64,000 bases of DNA from Candidatus Omnitrophota bacterium (GCA_003598175.1 QZKN01000097.1:23861-87860), one strand, 5' to 3'; positions 18,888 through 28,427 are shown, counted from the stretch's first letter. Made by a program: numbers and translations. The notes: generated by a model not told the origin, from the sequence alone.

Positions 18888-20432
18888 TCAGACGGCATAT
18901 GTTTTTTCACGTTCGGTTCCGGCAATCAGGCGGTTGACGGCATTGAGAAACGCTTTCACGCTGGCGCGCAGGACGTCGGTGTCCGTCCCGCGTCCGATGA
19001 CTTCTCGATCCCCTTTGCGCAGGATGATATTCGCCGATCCCAACGCGTCGGTTCCGGTCGTGACCGCGCCGACGTGATAATCGACCAGTACGGCATCCTC
19101 CATACCCGTCAGTTGCTTGATCACGGAAAAAGCCGCATCCAGTGCGCCCGCGCCCGCCCCGGTCGCCTCCACGATATCGCCATTGGAGCGCAGCCGTACA
19201 TGGGCATTGGGCTTTTGTTGCTTCTCGATGTTGATGCTCAGATCCTCCAGCGAATATTTTCCATAATCAGCAGCGCGGGATTGCTCATCCACGATCGCGA
19301 TGATGTCTTCGTCGAAGACGTTTTTCTTCAAATCCGCCAATTCCTTGAATGAATCGAAGGCTTTTTCCAACGATTCGCCTTCCAGATGGAATCCCAGCTC
19401 TTCCAGGCGTTTGGTAAACGCATGGCGGCCGGAATGCTTGCCCAGCACCATCGAATGGCCGGTCCAGCCGACGGATTGAGGCGACATGATCTCATACGTC
19501 GTCCGCTCCTTCAACATCCCGTCCTGATGAATGCCCGCTTCGTGGGCGAAGGCGTTTGCGCCGACGATGGCCTTGTTCGGCTGCACGCCGATGCCGGTAA
19601 AGCGCGTCAACAGGCGGCTGGTGGGGTAAATCTGTTCGGTGTGAATGTTCGTGTGCACGTCGAAGAAATTCTTTCGCGTTTCGATATTCATCACGATTTC
19701 TTCGAGCGAGGCGTTGCCGGCGCGTTCGCCGATGCCATTGATGGTGCACTCCACCTGCCGCGCGCCGCTGCGAACCGCCGCCAGCGAGTTGGAAACGGCC
19801 AATCCCAAATCGTTGTGGCAATGCACGCTGATGACGGCCTGATGCACATTCTTCACTTTTTCGAAAATGTAAGCGATCAAATCGCCGAATTCCCACGGAT
19901 TTGAATACCCGACCGTGTCGGGTACGTTGATCGTGGCGGCGCCGGCGTCAATCGTCGCTTCGATGACTTCGCAAATGTAATCCCGATCGGTGCGGGCGGC
20001 GTCCTCGGTGGAAAACTCCACGTTTTCGGTGTACCCGCGCGCCCGCTTGACCGCCTTGACGGCGATGTCGCGCACTTCCTTGTTGGTTTTCTTCAATTTC
20101 TTCTCGACGTGAATGTTGCTGGTCGCGATAAAGGTGTGAATGCGCGGCCGGCTGGAATATTGTACTGCTTCCCAGCAGCGGTCGATGTCTTTTTCCATCG
20201 CGCGCGCCAGCCCGCAGATTTGCGGACCCTCAACCTGCTGCGCCACAGCTTTGACCGCCTCGAAATCGCCGGGCGACGAAATGGGAAAGCCCGCTTCGAT
20301 GACGTCCACGCCCAACCGTTTCAATTGAAACGCAAATTCCAGCTTCTCCTGCAGATTCATACTGAATCCGGGGGATTGCTCGCCGTCTCTCAAGGTGGTA
20401 TCGAAAATAATGATTTTTTTATCGTCGTTCAT
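18888..20432 (-). CDS. leuA: 2-isopropylmalate synthase
   Basis: [22 protein letters not shown]... with an HxH metal site, 514 aa including the C-terminal regulatory domain. A citramalate synthase paralogue cannot be excluded. Confidence 0.85.
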   Translation of the reverse strand: MNDDKKIIIFDTTLRDGEQSPGFSMNLQEKLEFAFQLKRLGVDVIEAGFPISSPGDFEAVKAVAQQVEGPQICGLARAMEKDIDRCWEAVQYSSRPRIHTFIATSNIHVEKKLKKTNKEVRDIAVKAVKRARGYTENVEFSTEDAARTDRDYICEVIEATIDAGAATINVPDTVGYSNPWEFGDLIAYIFEKVKNVHQAVISVHCHNDLGLAVSNSLAAVRSGARQVECTINGIGERAGNASLEEIVMNIETRKNFFDVHTNIHTEQIYPTSRLLTRFTGIGVQPNKAIVGANAFAHEAGIHQDGMLKERTTYEIMSPQSVGWTGHSMVLGKHSGRHAFTKRLEELGFHLEGESLEKAFDSFKELADLKKNVFDEDIIAIVDEQSRAADYGKYSLEDLSINIEKQQKPNAHVRLRSNGDIVEATGAGAGALDAAFSVIKQLTGMEDAVLVDYHVGAVTTGTDALGSANIILRKGDREVIGRGTDTDVLRASVKAFLNAVNRLIAGTEREKTYAV

Positions 20433-20575
20433 GATCGTTGTTTCCTTTTCATTTCAGGGGTGATGATGAGCGTCAAGCCACTCATGTTTGTTTTCTCTCG
20501 TTCCTGCCGTTTGCATATAAGATCGCTAAGATCGCTTTCGTCGCCGAGTTCATTGCCAAGGCCTAACACGATCAT
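20429..20575 (-). CDS. Upstream ORF (48 codons) translationally coupled to leuA
   Basis: The GAAAGGAGG RBS is followed by an ATG (or an in-frame GTG with better spacing). The [51 protein letters not shown] ends TCATGA, overlapping the leuA ATG. It lies between the T-box terminator and leuA. Confidence 0.3.
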   Translation of the reverse strand: MIVLGLGNELGDESDLSDLICKRQEREKTNMSGLTLIITPEMKRKQRS

Positions 20576-20649
20576 CACCTCCTTTCAACTGCGAAACTGT
20601 ATTCACGCTGCCATTTGTGGACAGGATGTCCGCGCTCCGGCGGTTTGAG

Positions 20650-20927
20650 ACCAATAAAAAACCTCGCCCCATGGTTCAGGGGCGAGGTCGGTTTTTCGAT
20701 CCCGCGGTACCACCCTGCTTCAGCGTTCGTTTCCAGGAACGCCCTTGTTTGCGCATGATCACGGTTGCGAACCGGCTTCAACTAGTGATTCGATGTGAAC
20801 GTTCGCGGAAGCGACTCCAAGGCGAGTTCGGCGCTTCGAAATACCGGTTCGCACCACCCACCGGCTCTCTCCGATTTCGAGATGACGCCTACTGCTCCTC
20901 TTCACGGTCTTTGGTGATAAAATTTTA
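20650..20927 (-). ncRNA. T-box riboswitch leader controlling leuA, probably Leu-specific
   Basis: The minus strand shows the canonical T-box sequence AGGGTGGTACCGCGG (20716-20702). Next comes the terminator hairpin GACCTCGCCCC-tgaaccat-GGGGCGAGGT plus TTTTTT (20689-20650). A candidate specifier reads GAA-CUC-G (Leu). The leader is about 270 nt from the predicted transcription start. Confidence 0.6.
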
Positions 20928-20934
20928 GTTAATA

Positions 20935-20962
20935 ATTATAACCGAAACGATTCGGTTGTCAA
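20935..20962 (-). promoter_or_regulatory. Sigma-70-type promoter for the T-box leader
   Basis: On the minus strand, TTGACA (20962-20957), a 16 nt spacer, then TATAAT (20940-20935). Confidence 0.5.
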
Positions 20963-21379
20963 TGCATGATTTACTCTTTGTGAAAACACGAACATGTATC
21001 CGGCGACTATGTCTCCTTCCCCAACCTATTGATTTACCGGAAAATGCCTTTTAGTCGCTTAGATTGTTACAAGTGAACTACTCCGACTACATCTTGGGTT
21101 TTAGCCTCCGGAGGTCGCTTCTTTGACACATGGACGCTGGGAGTGAGATTTGTAGGGGGGAATATTACGCGTGGAAAAAAGGAGATGCCGCCGATAGTTG
21201 TGGTTCAATATGATGGGTCGGAGGAGATGGAGTTTTGGATGGAAGAATGAAGTCTGAATCGGGAGGGCAGGATGATAAGGATATTCAAGATAAGGTAACG
21301 CCGTGGTCTCGACTTCAGGATGCCGGTAAGAAGCCGGAGGGAAAGTACGAAGCATCACGAAAGAAAGGAGACGGTGAAC

Positions 21380-21673
21380 ATGAAGTACACCGTGATTCTC
21401 ACGGAAGAACAGGGCCGTTTTCAAGCAACGGTTGCCGGATTACCGGATTGTCACGTGAAGGCGAATACACGACTGGATGCGCTCAACACCATTCGTGACG
21501 CAATCAACCGATTGATCGGCCGTAGTGAGATTGTCCAACTCGAGGTGCCAACGAACCCGAAATTCTCGAACCTTCATTCCGATGTTCCCTGGGAATGGTT
21601 TGGGGCTTTTAAAGAAGATCCGACTTGGGAAACATTGTTCGATGACATCGAGCGCCAGCGAAGTACCGATTAA
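21380..21673 (+). CDS. HicB-like (UPF0150 fold) antitoxin with a C-terminal extension
   Basis: MKYTVILTEEQGRFQATVAGLPDCHVKANTRLDALNTIRDAI. It is immediately followed by a PIN toxin gene. Confidence 0.55.
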   Translation: MKYTVILTEEQGRFQATVAGLPDCHVKANTRLDALNTIRDAINRLIGRSEIVQLEVPTNPKFSNLHSDVPWEWFGAFKEDPTWETLFDDIERQRSTD

Positions 21674-21688
21674 ATTGAAAGATCGCAT

Positions 21689-22117
21689 ATGTATCTATGG
21701 GATTCCAACATTTTGAGGCATTATGGGGAGGGACGCCCCCATATTCGACTCTATCTGGAGCATGTGAGTTGGTCTGAAATTGCGATTCCATCCGTTGTGG
21801 TTGCAGAAGTGTTGCGAGGGCGATGTGATTTTGCTCTAAAAGCCACCCCGGCGTTAGCAGTATACGCTCATGAGATGTTGATGAAAACAAAAAAGTTTTT
21901 GGAACAATTTACGATTTGTGTTTTTGATGAAGATTGTTCAAAAGCATTACACGAACGGAAACAACGTCACAAGGCTCATAAGCGTTATGCCGACATGCTT
22001 ATTGCTGCCATGGTGCAAGCGGGAAACCATGTCATTGTTACGCGAAACGTAGAAGATTTTGCCGTGCTATTACCCAAGAATCGAATTATCAATTGGATTG
22101 ATGAAAAACCGAAATGA
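21689..22117 (+). CDS. vapC: PIN-domain toxin (VapC family)
   Basis: MYLWDSNILRHY...VVAEV...IVTRNVEDF. 142 aa. Confidence 0.75.
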   Translation: MYLWDSNILRHYGEGRPHIRLYLEHVSWSEIAIPSVVVAEVLRGRCDFALKATPALAVYAHEMLMKTKKFLEQFTICVFDEDCSKALHERKQRHKAHKRYADMLIAAMVQAGNHVIVTRNVEDFAVLLPKNRIINWIDEKPK

Positions 22118-22231
22118 GTTTTGGAAGCTGAATTAGTTTTGTAGGGTGGGCTCGATTCAGCCTACCATTCGGATTTGGGATACTATGGGTGGGTTACGCT
22201 TCGCTTTGAGCCCATCCTATGCAGCTATAAA

Positions 22232-22429
22232 TTAATCAATCCAACGCCATGTAATATCCCTTATATCATAAATAATAATTCCCATAATAATCAAAGTCAA
22301 AATAAATCCGACCGAATTCACCTCGGAAACAGAAGCATCAGGCTTTTTAAAGCCTAAAACAATCGCAAAAAAAGATAAAACACAAACCAAACGAAAAATC
22401 CGTGGCCGTCTCGACACATATTTATCCAA
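22232..22429 (-). CDS. Small putative membrane protein in an AT-rich segment
   Basis: Hydrophobic segments (LVCVLSFFAIVLG, FILTLIIMGIIIY). The start is non-ATG. The surrounding GC is far below the rest of the window. Confidence 0.25.
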   Translation of the reverse strand: MDKYVSRRPRIFRLVCVLSFFAIVLGFKKPDASVSEVNSVGFILTLIIMGIIIYDIRDITWRWID

Positions 22430-22488
22430 ACGTGCAACTCTATAAATTAATAATCCGATGAATGTAAAAAATAAAGCGCCCGAATTAC

Positions 22489-22665
22489 CTGCTAAACTAA
22501 AAAAAATGAAATAAGAATAAATAATGCAGATATGAAACTTAAGATGTAACGTAATTTGGGGAATTTTGGTTCCGGTTCCAATCCACTATAAAGGTGACGT
22601 CTTTCATATTCCTCTGGTGATTCTTTATGACTATAATAGTTCCCATTTTTTGCTAAATAAGACAT
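22489..22665 (-). CDS. Small ORF (58 aa) with a hydrophobic C-terminus in the AT-rich segment
   Basis: GGAGGTAATC then ATG. Sequence MSYLAKNGNYYSHKESPEEYERRHLYSGLEPEPKFPKLRYILSFISALFILISFFLV. Not in the ORF track because it is under 60 aa. Confidence 0.25.
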
Positions 22666-23067
22666 GATTACCTCCTTTGGGTTCTACTTCCACTGGAAAC
22701 GCTTTACATTTTAAAAAAGCTCGTCCTATGAATGTAGAGTAGATAGAAGTAAAATTCCTTCGTATGAAATAATAACTCTTTGCCGATTTTAGGGAATAAA
22801 CCCAGTGACTAGTATGTACATCAAGATCGTATCTGGCGTCATCCTTTTTTCCTTGCATCTCGCAATGAACGTTCCTCTACTTTAGTGGTCAAGACGTATG
22901 CCGTCAATACGCATGCCGTCAATACGTAGTTATACCCAACGTATAATCGTTGATCAACAATCATACGACATGGAAAAACCCGTTCGGATTCATGCCGAAC
23001 AATTGAAACCCCATTATCACGGAAAAACCCAAAAACCATTCGGTTTTCTCTCGAATGGTAACATGGT

Positions 23068-23172
23068 TGTAGCATGGATTTTTTGATGTTTCCGGAATGA
23101 AGCGTAAGTCTAATGAAATCAAAGTCGGGGTGAGAGGATTTGAACCTCCGGCCCACTGCTCCCAAAGCAGTT
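23068..23172 (-). repeat. att-like repeat: a 48 bp 3' fragment of tRNA-Pro (23125-23172) plus a conserved 55 bp flank, called module A here
   Basis: Positions 23125-23172 are identical to 31526-31573, which is the tRNA from its 3' end through the anticodon stem. Positions 23068-23122 nearly match 31057-31112, and the 3' part recurs at 31504-31525. Confidence 0.8.
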
Positions 23173-23353
23173 TACCCCCCCTACATATGGTATCACGGAT
23201 TAACACGGTTAAACGTAAATCCCTCATTTTATTCATTCTTTACTTGCATGGTCTACTTTACAAGCATCATGATATACCATATACTGTGTTGACTTGGTGT
23301 TGACTTGAGAGGGTATGGCGACAAATATCTCAAGTTTCATAGGAGGCGACGGC

Positions 23354-24571
23354 ATGAGTAAAGCGGCACGAAAACGTTTGCGGTTGACGAAGTCGATTAT
23401 CGACAAATTGGAGTATCCGGCGTTGCAATCGGGAAATCCGGATGTTCCGATTTACCCGTCATGCATTTATTGGGATACGGAAATCCGTTCCTTCGCCGTC
23501 CGTGTTTTCCCATCCGGCAAAAAATCCTACATTCTCGATTATCGCTGCAGAGGGCGGCATCGGCGGATGACGATAGGTTCATGTTCGGTTTTGACTCTCC
23601 ACCAAGCTCGAGAACGGGTAAGAAAACTGATGATTCAAATTTTAGACGGGGTTGATCCCTTGGAAGTCCGGGAATCACAGCGGAAGGTTTTGACCGTTAC
23701 GGAATTTTCGAATTTATTCATCGAACGGTACGCAAAGAAGTTTCGAAAATCATGGAAGGAAGACGCGCGGAGGCTCCATAAACACGTTATTCCGGCGTTC
23801 GGCTCGATCAGGCTTGATGCTCTGCAACGCGGCGACATATCGGCGTTTCATGCGGAAATCGGTGAATCATCCCCGGTTGAAGCGAATCGGGTAACGGAAC
23901 TTTTCCGGCGCATGTTTCACGTCGCGATGGAATGGGGATATTTGCCGTCCACGTTCGAGAATCCGGCGAAGGGCGTCAAAAAGTTTCCGGAAAAATCGCG
24001 GGAACGTGTGTTGACGGAAGAGGAAATCATCGCAATCGGGCAGGCGTTGATCGAAGAACAGAATGTTTATGCGCGAACGGCGATCACGCTTGCACTGCAC
24101 TTGGGTAACCGTATCGGAGAAATCCTCAAAGCGAAGTGGCGGGATGTGAATCTGAAAAATCGAACCTGGCTGTTTCCGGATACGAAAAGCGGCAAACAGC
24201 ACACTTTGCCGTTGACGGAGGAAACCGTGGGGCTACTCGAAAGCATACCCCGTGATTCATCAACAAAGGAAATTTTTCCGATCAAGAGCGTTCGCAAGGC
24301 ATGGGAGAGAATACGAAAAAAAACCGGATTGGAGAATATTCGCATTCACGATTTAAGGCGTTCGGCGGCAAGCATGATGGTGGACGATGGAATCTCGCTG
24401 CACATCGTGTCCAAGGTTCTGAACCATTCGAGTTTATCGATAACCAGCGGGGTTTATGCGCATGTCGGGATGGATCCGGTTGAAGACGCCTTACAAAAAC
24501 ATTCGAAGAAAATCGTTTCTTTGTTTCAACCGGCAACCGATGAAACAGGCGGTAAGGAAAACGTTTCTTGA
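23354..24571 (+). CDS. int: Tyrosine-type site-specific integrase
   Basis: An AGGAGG RBS sits before the ATG at 23354. The catalytic region has ...RIHDLRRSAASMM...H...Y in the C-terminal part. It is adjacent to the partial tRNA copy. Confidence 0.85.
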   Translation: MSKAARKRLRLTKSIIDKLEYPALQSGNPDVPIYPSCIYWDTEIRSFAVRVFPSGKKSYILDYRCRGRHRRMTIGSCSVLTLHQARERVRKLMIQILDGVDPLEVRESQRKVLTVTEFSNLFIERYAKKFRKSWKEDARRLHKHVIPAFGSIRLDALQRGDISAFHAEIGESSPVEANRVTELFRRMFHVAMEWGYLPSTFENPAKGVKKFPEKSRERVLTEEEIIAIGQALIEEQNVYARTAITLALHLGNRIGEILKAKWRDVNLKNRTWLFPDTKSGKQHTLPLTEETVGLLESIPRDSSTKEIFPIKSVRKAWERIRKKTGLENIRIHDLRRSAASMMVDDGISLHIVSKVLNHSSLSITSGVYAHVGMDPVEDALQKHSKKIVSLFQPATDETGGKENVS

Positions 24572-24612
24572 TGAAATGACCAGGAAAAAAGAAAGGAAGG
24601 AAGGAAGGAATC

Positions 24613-24963
24613 ATGGAAAAAACAATGTCACAAGCGGAAATCGAACGGCTGTTTGCCGATGAACCGGCGGGCGCAACGGCGGTGATGGATGACTTTCCGG
24701 ATGGAATCCGGGCGGCGGTCACGGGCGCGAAGGAATCGGCGACGGTCACGGCGGCGGCGGCAATCCCAGAAATCCTGAAAATCTTGTCGACCGTTGACGG
24801 GAAATTTCATCCGTCAATTTTCGCGGCGGTCACGGCGATTCAACGCACAGCGGCAGGCGATAGCGTCACGGCAATCGGCGATCAATTGAATGAACTTGCT
24901 TCCCGGCGATCACGGGAAACAAGGGCGAACGGCAAGCAAAGGCGGCGATGGTGGGGAAGGTGA
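24613..24963 (+). CDS. Hypothetical protein (116 aa) in the int-alpA interval
   Basis: An Ala/Thr-rich protein ending in a basic tail RRSRETRANGKQRRRWWGR. Polypurine RBS. No known domain. Confidence 0.45.
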   Translation: MEKTMSQAEIERLFADEPAGATAVMDDFPDGIRAAVTGAKESATVTAAAAIPEILKILSTVDGKFHPSIFAAVTAIQRTAAGDSVTAIGDQLNELASRRSRETRANGKQRRRWWGR

Positions 24964-24994
24964 AAAATCCCCTCAACGCCAAAAGGATGAAACC

Positions 24995-25867
24995 ATGTCC
25001 CGAAAAAAAAAGGTAACCGACTTGCCAACTTGCCGATGCGAAGAAAAAATCATTTGGGATGACGGCAAAGGAAACCAGAGGTTTGAATGCAGTTATTCAA
25101 CCGATATAAGATTCTCTCAAAAGGTCAAAAACCAATTGATCCTACATGCCGGAATGGGCGCATATGAGGCGGAAAAGTTTTTAAACGATTATCCGAAACG
25201 AAGCAAAAACATGTTAAAATGCGTCAAAGGAAATCTTGATGATTATCACCTGCATTGGGCAAAAATTCGGGATGAACAAATTGAGGCAAGAGACAAATTG
25301 CAGAAAGCGGATGTGGAATTTTCATCAGCGAACAGGCCGTTTTTGTGTAACCAATATTCACTATGTTATGATCCTTCGGATGACGGCGATTTCATGAAAC
25401 AGTTTGCCGAAAAGCGAAACGCGATTGTAGCCTGTCACGGGGAAGTGGCCAAATTATTCACTGAACCTTTTTTAGATTTGGGAAAAATCGGATTATCATT
25501 GATCGATTCAATTCAAGCAGAACAGGATTTTTTGCAATACTTCAACAATCGGCGCGTGCAGCAACTGACCAAAGACTTACAAGGCCGACCTTCCAAAGGC
25601 GACGTAAACATCACACTAAAAAACCTGGCGCAAACATTCATACAATTCCACCAATGGAAAAAAAATAGAAAATGCAAGAAAGCGATTCGTGAGCATTGCG
25701 TTCGATTCGTTGCCGTTGCACTTGCAGCGGCAATGATCGAAGTTCCCGAATCAGGAAATATTGCGGAAAGTCACGCACTGCCAAATGCTCACGATAACCG
25801 TCTTGTTAAACGAATTTCATCCGCATACGACTTCATTCAACGAACCCCCAAACCCCTCTCAAAGTAA
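24995..25867 (+). CDS. Hypothetical protein (290 aa) in the int-alpA interval
   Basis: AAGGA RBS. The N-terminal Cys cluster is CRCEEK...FEC. No recognisable domain. The longer ORF 24890.. in the track was rejected as the start. Confidence 0.5.
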   Translation: MSRKKKVTDLPTCRCEEKIIWDDGKGNQRFECSYSTDIRFSQKVKNQLILHAGMGAYEAEKFLNDYPKRSKNMLKCVKGNLDDYHLHWAKIRDEQIEARDKLQKADVEFSSANRPFLCNQYSLCYDPSDDGDFMKQFAEKRNAIVACHGEVAKLFTEPFLDLGKIGLSLIDSIQAEQDFLQYFNNRRVQQLTKDLQGRPSKGDVNITLKNLAQTFIQFHQWKKNRKCKKAIREHCVRFVAVALAAAMIEVPESGNIAESHALPNAHDNRLVKRISSAYDFIQRTPKPLSK

Positions 25868-26011
25868 AAAAAATCATCTTTTTTACCCGTTGTAACTCCT
25901 TGATTTCATTGGAGAACGCAAAAAGTCACGTCAAAAAAGAGGCGACTTTTTGCGCAGGCGGGAAAAAGGTTCTGTGACAATCCATCTTAAAAAAGAAAGC
26001 GAGCTTCAACA

Positions 26012-26269
26012 ATGGATTATCACGAAATGATTAACGTTCCGCTCCACTTGGATCCCGATGCTTTGCTCAGCGAAAGGCAAGCGGCGGAGTTTCTTGGTTT
26101 CACAATTCGAGCGCTTCAATCCTGGAGGCAAAAAGGCAACGGTCCGAAATTCGTCAAAATTTCGGCAAGGGCGATTAAATATAGGCGGCGGGATTTGGTT
26201 GAATGGTGCGAGGGAAAAATTCGAAAATCCACATCCGATAGCGGCGGCGCGGGGGGGGATGAATCATGA
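26012..26269 (+). CDS. alpA: AlpA/Xis-like HTH (HTH_17) excisionase or regulator
   Basis: LLSERQAAEFLGFTIRALQSWRQKGNGPKFVKISARAIKYRRRDLVEW. Its stop overlaps the next gene (ATGA). Confidence 0.7.
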   Translation: MDYHEMINVPLHLDPDALLSERQAAEFLGFTIRALQSWRQKGNGPKFVKISARAIKYRRRDLVEWCEGKIRKSTSDSGGAGGDES

Positions 26270-27975
26270 GCACGGCGCTTGCGGTGAAGTTTAATCCAGA
26301 CTTCGAGCGGCAAATTCTTTCTTCAATCCTTTATGATCCGTCAAACGTCGAACGCTGTGGCGCTTTGTGCGGAGCGGATTTTTGCAATAAGACATTGGGA
26401 AAAATTTACCAGGCGGCTTGCGATATTTATCGAGACGGCGGCATCGTAGATGATAGTCTTATCATTGATAGATGTGGGGACGTGCACATAAATAAAGCTT
26501 CATTGTATGCGCTTCGCGACGAATATGTAACCGATTCCAATCTCGATTTTTGGGTTTCGCAAGTACAGGATTACGGCAGGCGGCTGGCGATAGGTAAATT
26601 ATTTGAGTCGGCGGCGAAGCGCATTGAACAAGCGGAAAATCTATCTGATTTCACGACAGATGTTATCGGAAAATTGCAGGCAATCAGCGGCGTAAATCCA
26701 ACAGATTCGACGGAAAAAACCGCCTGGCCGGAACCGTTGCCGCCAGAGGCTTACATTGGATTACTTGGTGAAATAACCAAATTCATAGAACCGGAAACCG
26801 AAGCGGATCCGGCGGGGATTTTGGCTCAACTGTTGGTAGTGTTTGGTAACGCAATTGGAAGGAATCCGTATTTTTTCGTGGAATCGGATTTCCATTACGC
26901 AAACGAATTTTTATGCTTAGTCGGTGAGACGTCAACGGCGGGGAAAGGCACTTCTTGGGGGTATATTCGGCGATTGTTTAAGGACGCGCTGCCCGACTAT
27001 TTTAAAAACAGAGTTGAGCCTGGTCTGAGCAGCGGTGAGGGGCTAATTCACAAGGTTCGAGATGCAACCGAAGTAGCGGGCGAAATCACGGATCCGGGAA
27101 TGGCTGACAAACGGTTGCTTGTGACAGAGGGGGAATTTGCATCACTCTTGCAGGCGATGAACCGGCCCGGAAATCGAGTTTCCACGATTATAAGAGAAGC
27201 CTGGGATTACGGGGATTTGGGGACGATGACTCGAAACAATCCTCAAAGGGCGACGGGCGCGCACATAAGCATTATCACGCATATCACATTTGAGGAGTTA
27301 AGAAAAACTTTTAAGGAGACGGACTGTCTTAACGGTTTCGGTAACCGTTTTTTGTGGGTTTGTGTAAAAAGGCAGAGATGCCTTCCGGAAGGCGGCAACG
27401 TTGATTTTTCGCGGCGTCAACAATACATTGAAAAGTTGCAACGTGCGGTAGAATTTGCGCAAGGACATTCGGCTGAGGTGCCTTTTGACATTCATGCGCG
27501 TGAACTTTGGCATGCAATCTATCCAAAACTTACGCAGGCGCGAGCGGGACTATCGGGCGCGATGTTGGCGCGATCTGCCCCCCACGTTCGCCGCCTGGCG
27601 CTGATTTATGCCTTGAGTGATTTCTCTTCCGTTGTTGAGGAAAAGCATTTGCAAGCATCACTAGAATTTTGGGAATATGTCGAACAATCGGTTGAATATA
27701 TTTTTGGCGATCATTACGGCAACCGAACCGCGGAAAAAATCATCAACGCACTTCGAGATAGTCCCGAAGGCCTAAGCGAAACGGCAATTTCGCGAGACGT
27801 CTTCGGCGGGAATAAAAATTACACAGAAATCAATCATGCGATAGAATCATTAAAAGCGGCTGGTAAAATTCGAACAGAAAAAAGAAGAACAAGCGAACGT
27901 GGGCGGGCGGCAACTATCGTTTTACGCTCGGATAGGTGTACGAAAGAAACGAAAGAAACGAAAGAAATGAAATAA
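26266..27975 (+). CDS. Replication protein: DnaB-helicase N-terminal-like domain fused to a DUF3987 primase-associated domain
   Basis: An N-terminal DnaB-N-like region (ILSSILYDP...LGKIYQAACDIY) and a central DUF3987-like region (YFFVESDFHYANEFLCLVGETSTAGKGTSWGY). The C-terminal TKETKETKEMK comes from a 9 bp tandem repeat at 27940-27972. Confidence 0.7.
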   Translation: MSTALAVKFNPDFERQILSSILYDPSNVERCGALCGADFCNKTLGKIYQAACDIYRDGGIVDDSLIIDRCGDVHINKASLYALRDEYVTDSNLDFWVSQVQDYGRRLAIGKLFESAAKRIEQAENLSDFTTDVIGKLQAISGVNPTDSTEKTAWPEPLPPEAYIGLLGEITKFIEPETEADPAGILAQLLVVFGNAIGRNPYFFVESDFHYANEFLCLVGETSTAGKGTSWGYIRRLFKDALPDYFKNRVEPGLSSGEGLIHKVRDATEVAGEITDPGMADKRLLVTEGEFASLLQAMNRPGNRVSTIIREAWDYGDLGTMTRNNPQRATGAHISIITHITFEELRKTFKETDCLNGFGNRFLWVCVKRQRCLPEGGNVDFSRRQQYIEKLQRAVEFAQGHSAEVPFDIHARELWHAIYPKLTQARAGLSGAMLARSAPHVRRLALIYALSDFSSVVEEKHLQASLEFWEYVEQSVEYIFGDHYGNRTAEKIINALRDSPEGLSETAISRDVFGGNKNYTEINHAIESLKAAGKIRTEKRRTSERGRAATIVLRSDRCTKETKETKEMK

Positions 27976-27987
27976 GGGTGTTGTTTT

Positions 27988-28398
27988 TTGAACAGATGGG
28001 GAATTAATTCGTTTCTTTCGTTTAATTCGTACCATGCGGAGGGAAAAATGAGCGGGAAATATTTTGCTTTGGCAAAGGAAACGCTTGAAAGAATAAGAGC
28101 GAATGAATCGAAACTTATTCATTCGAATGATTCGGTTATTCAACTGCAACCGGCGACGCGGGTTTATCCGAAACCTGAACCGTTCATCCCGCCATTCTAT
28201 GGCCGTGTGCGAGACCGTAGGGCGAAGGAATTGATCGATTCCGGCATTGAACCGGCGGCGGCGAAGGAACAGGCGCAAACGGAAATCATCGACTTTTATG
28301 AAAAGATTCAACGCGGGGAAACAATTAAATCGATTCATTGGTACCCGGCAAATGAGGCCGGGCTTGTTCTTTGCATTCCGGAAAGGGCGAAGAAATGA
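27988..28398 (+). CDS. Hypothetical protein (element cargo)
   Basis: ORF downstream of the primase gene. The likely true start is the internal MSGKYFALAKE. No domain recognised. Confidence 0.4.
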   Translation: MNRWGINSFLSFNSYHAEGKMSGKYFALAKETLERIRANESKLIHSNDSVIQLQPATRVYPKPEPFIPPFYGRVRDRRAKELIDSGIEPAAAKEQAQTEIIDFYEKIQRGETIKSIHWYPANEAGLVLCIPERAKK

Positions 28399-28427
28399 CG
28401 GAAAATGTAACGTTTTGGGACACTTAA

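Noticed and set aside
20575-20781. 68 aa minus-strand ORF overlapping the leuA leader
   Set aside because: The region carries the T-box motif and terminator, so it is read as a structured leader RNA. A classic Leu-codon-rich attenuation peptide was looked for and not found.
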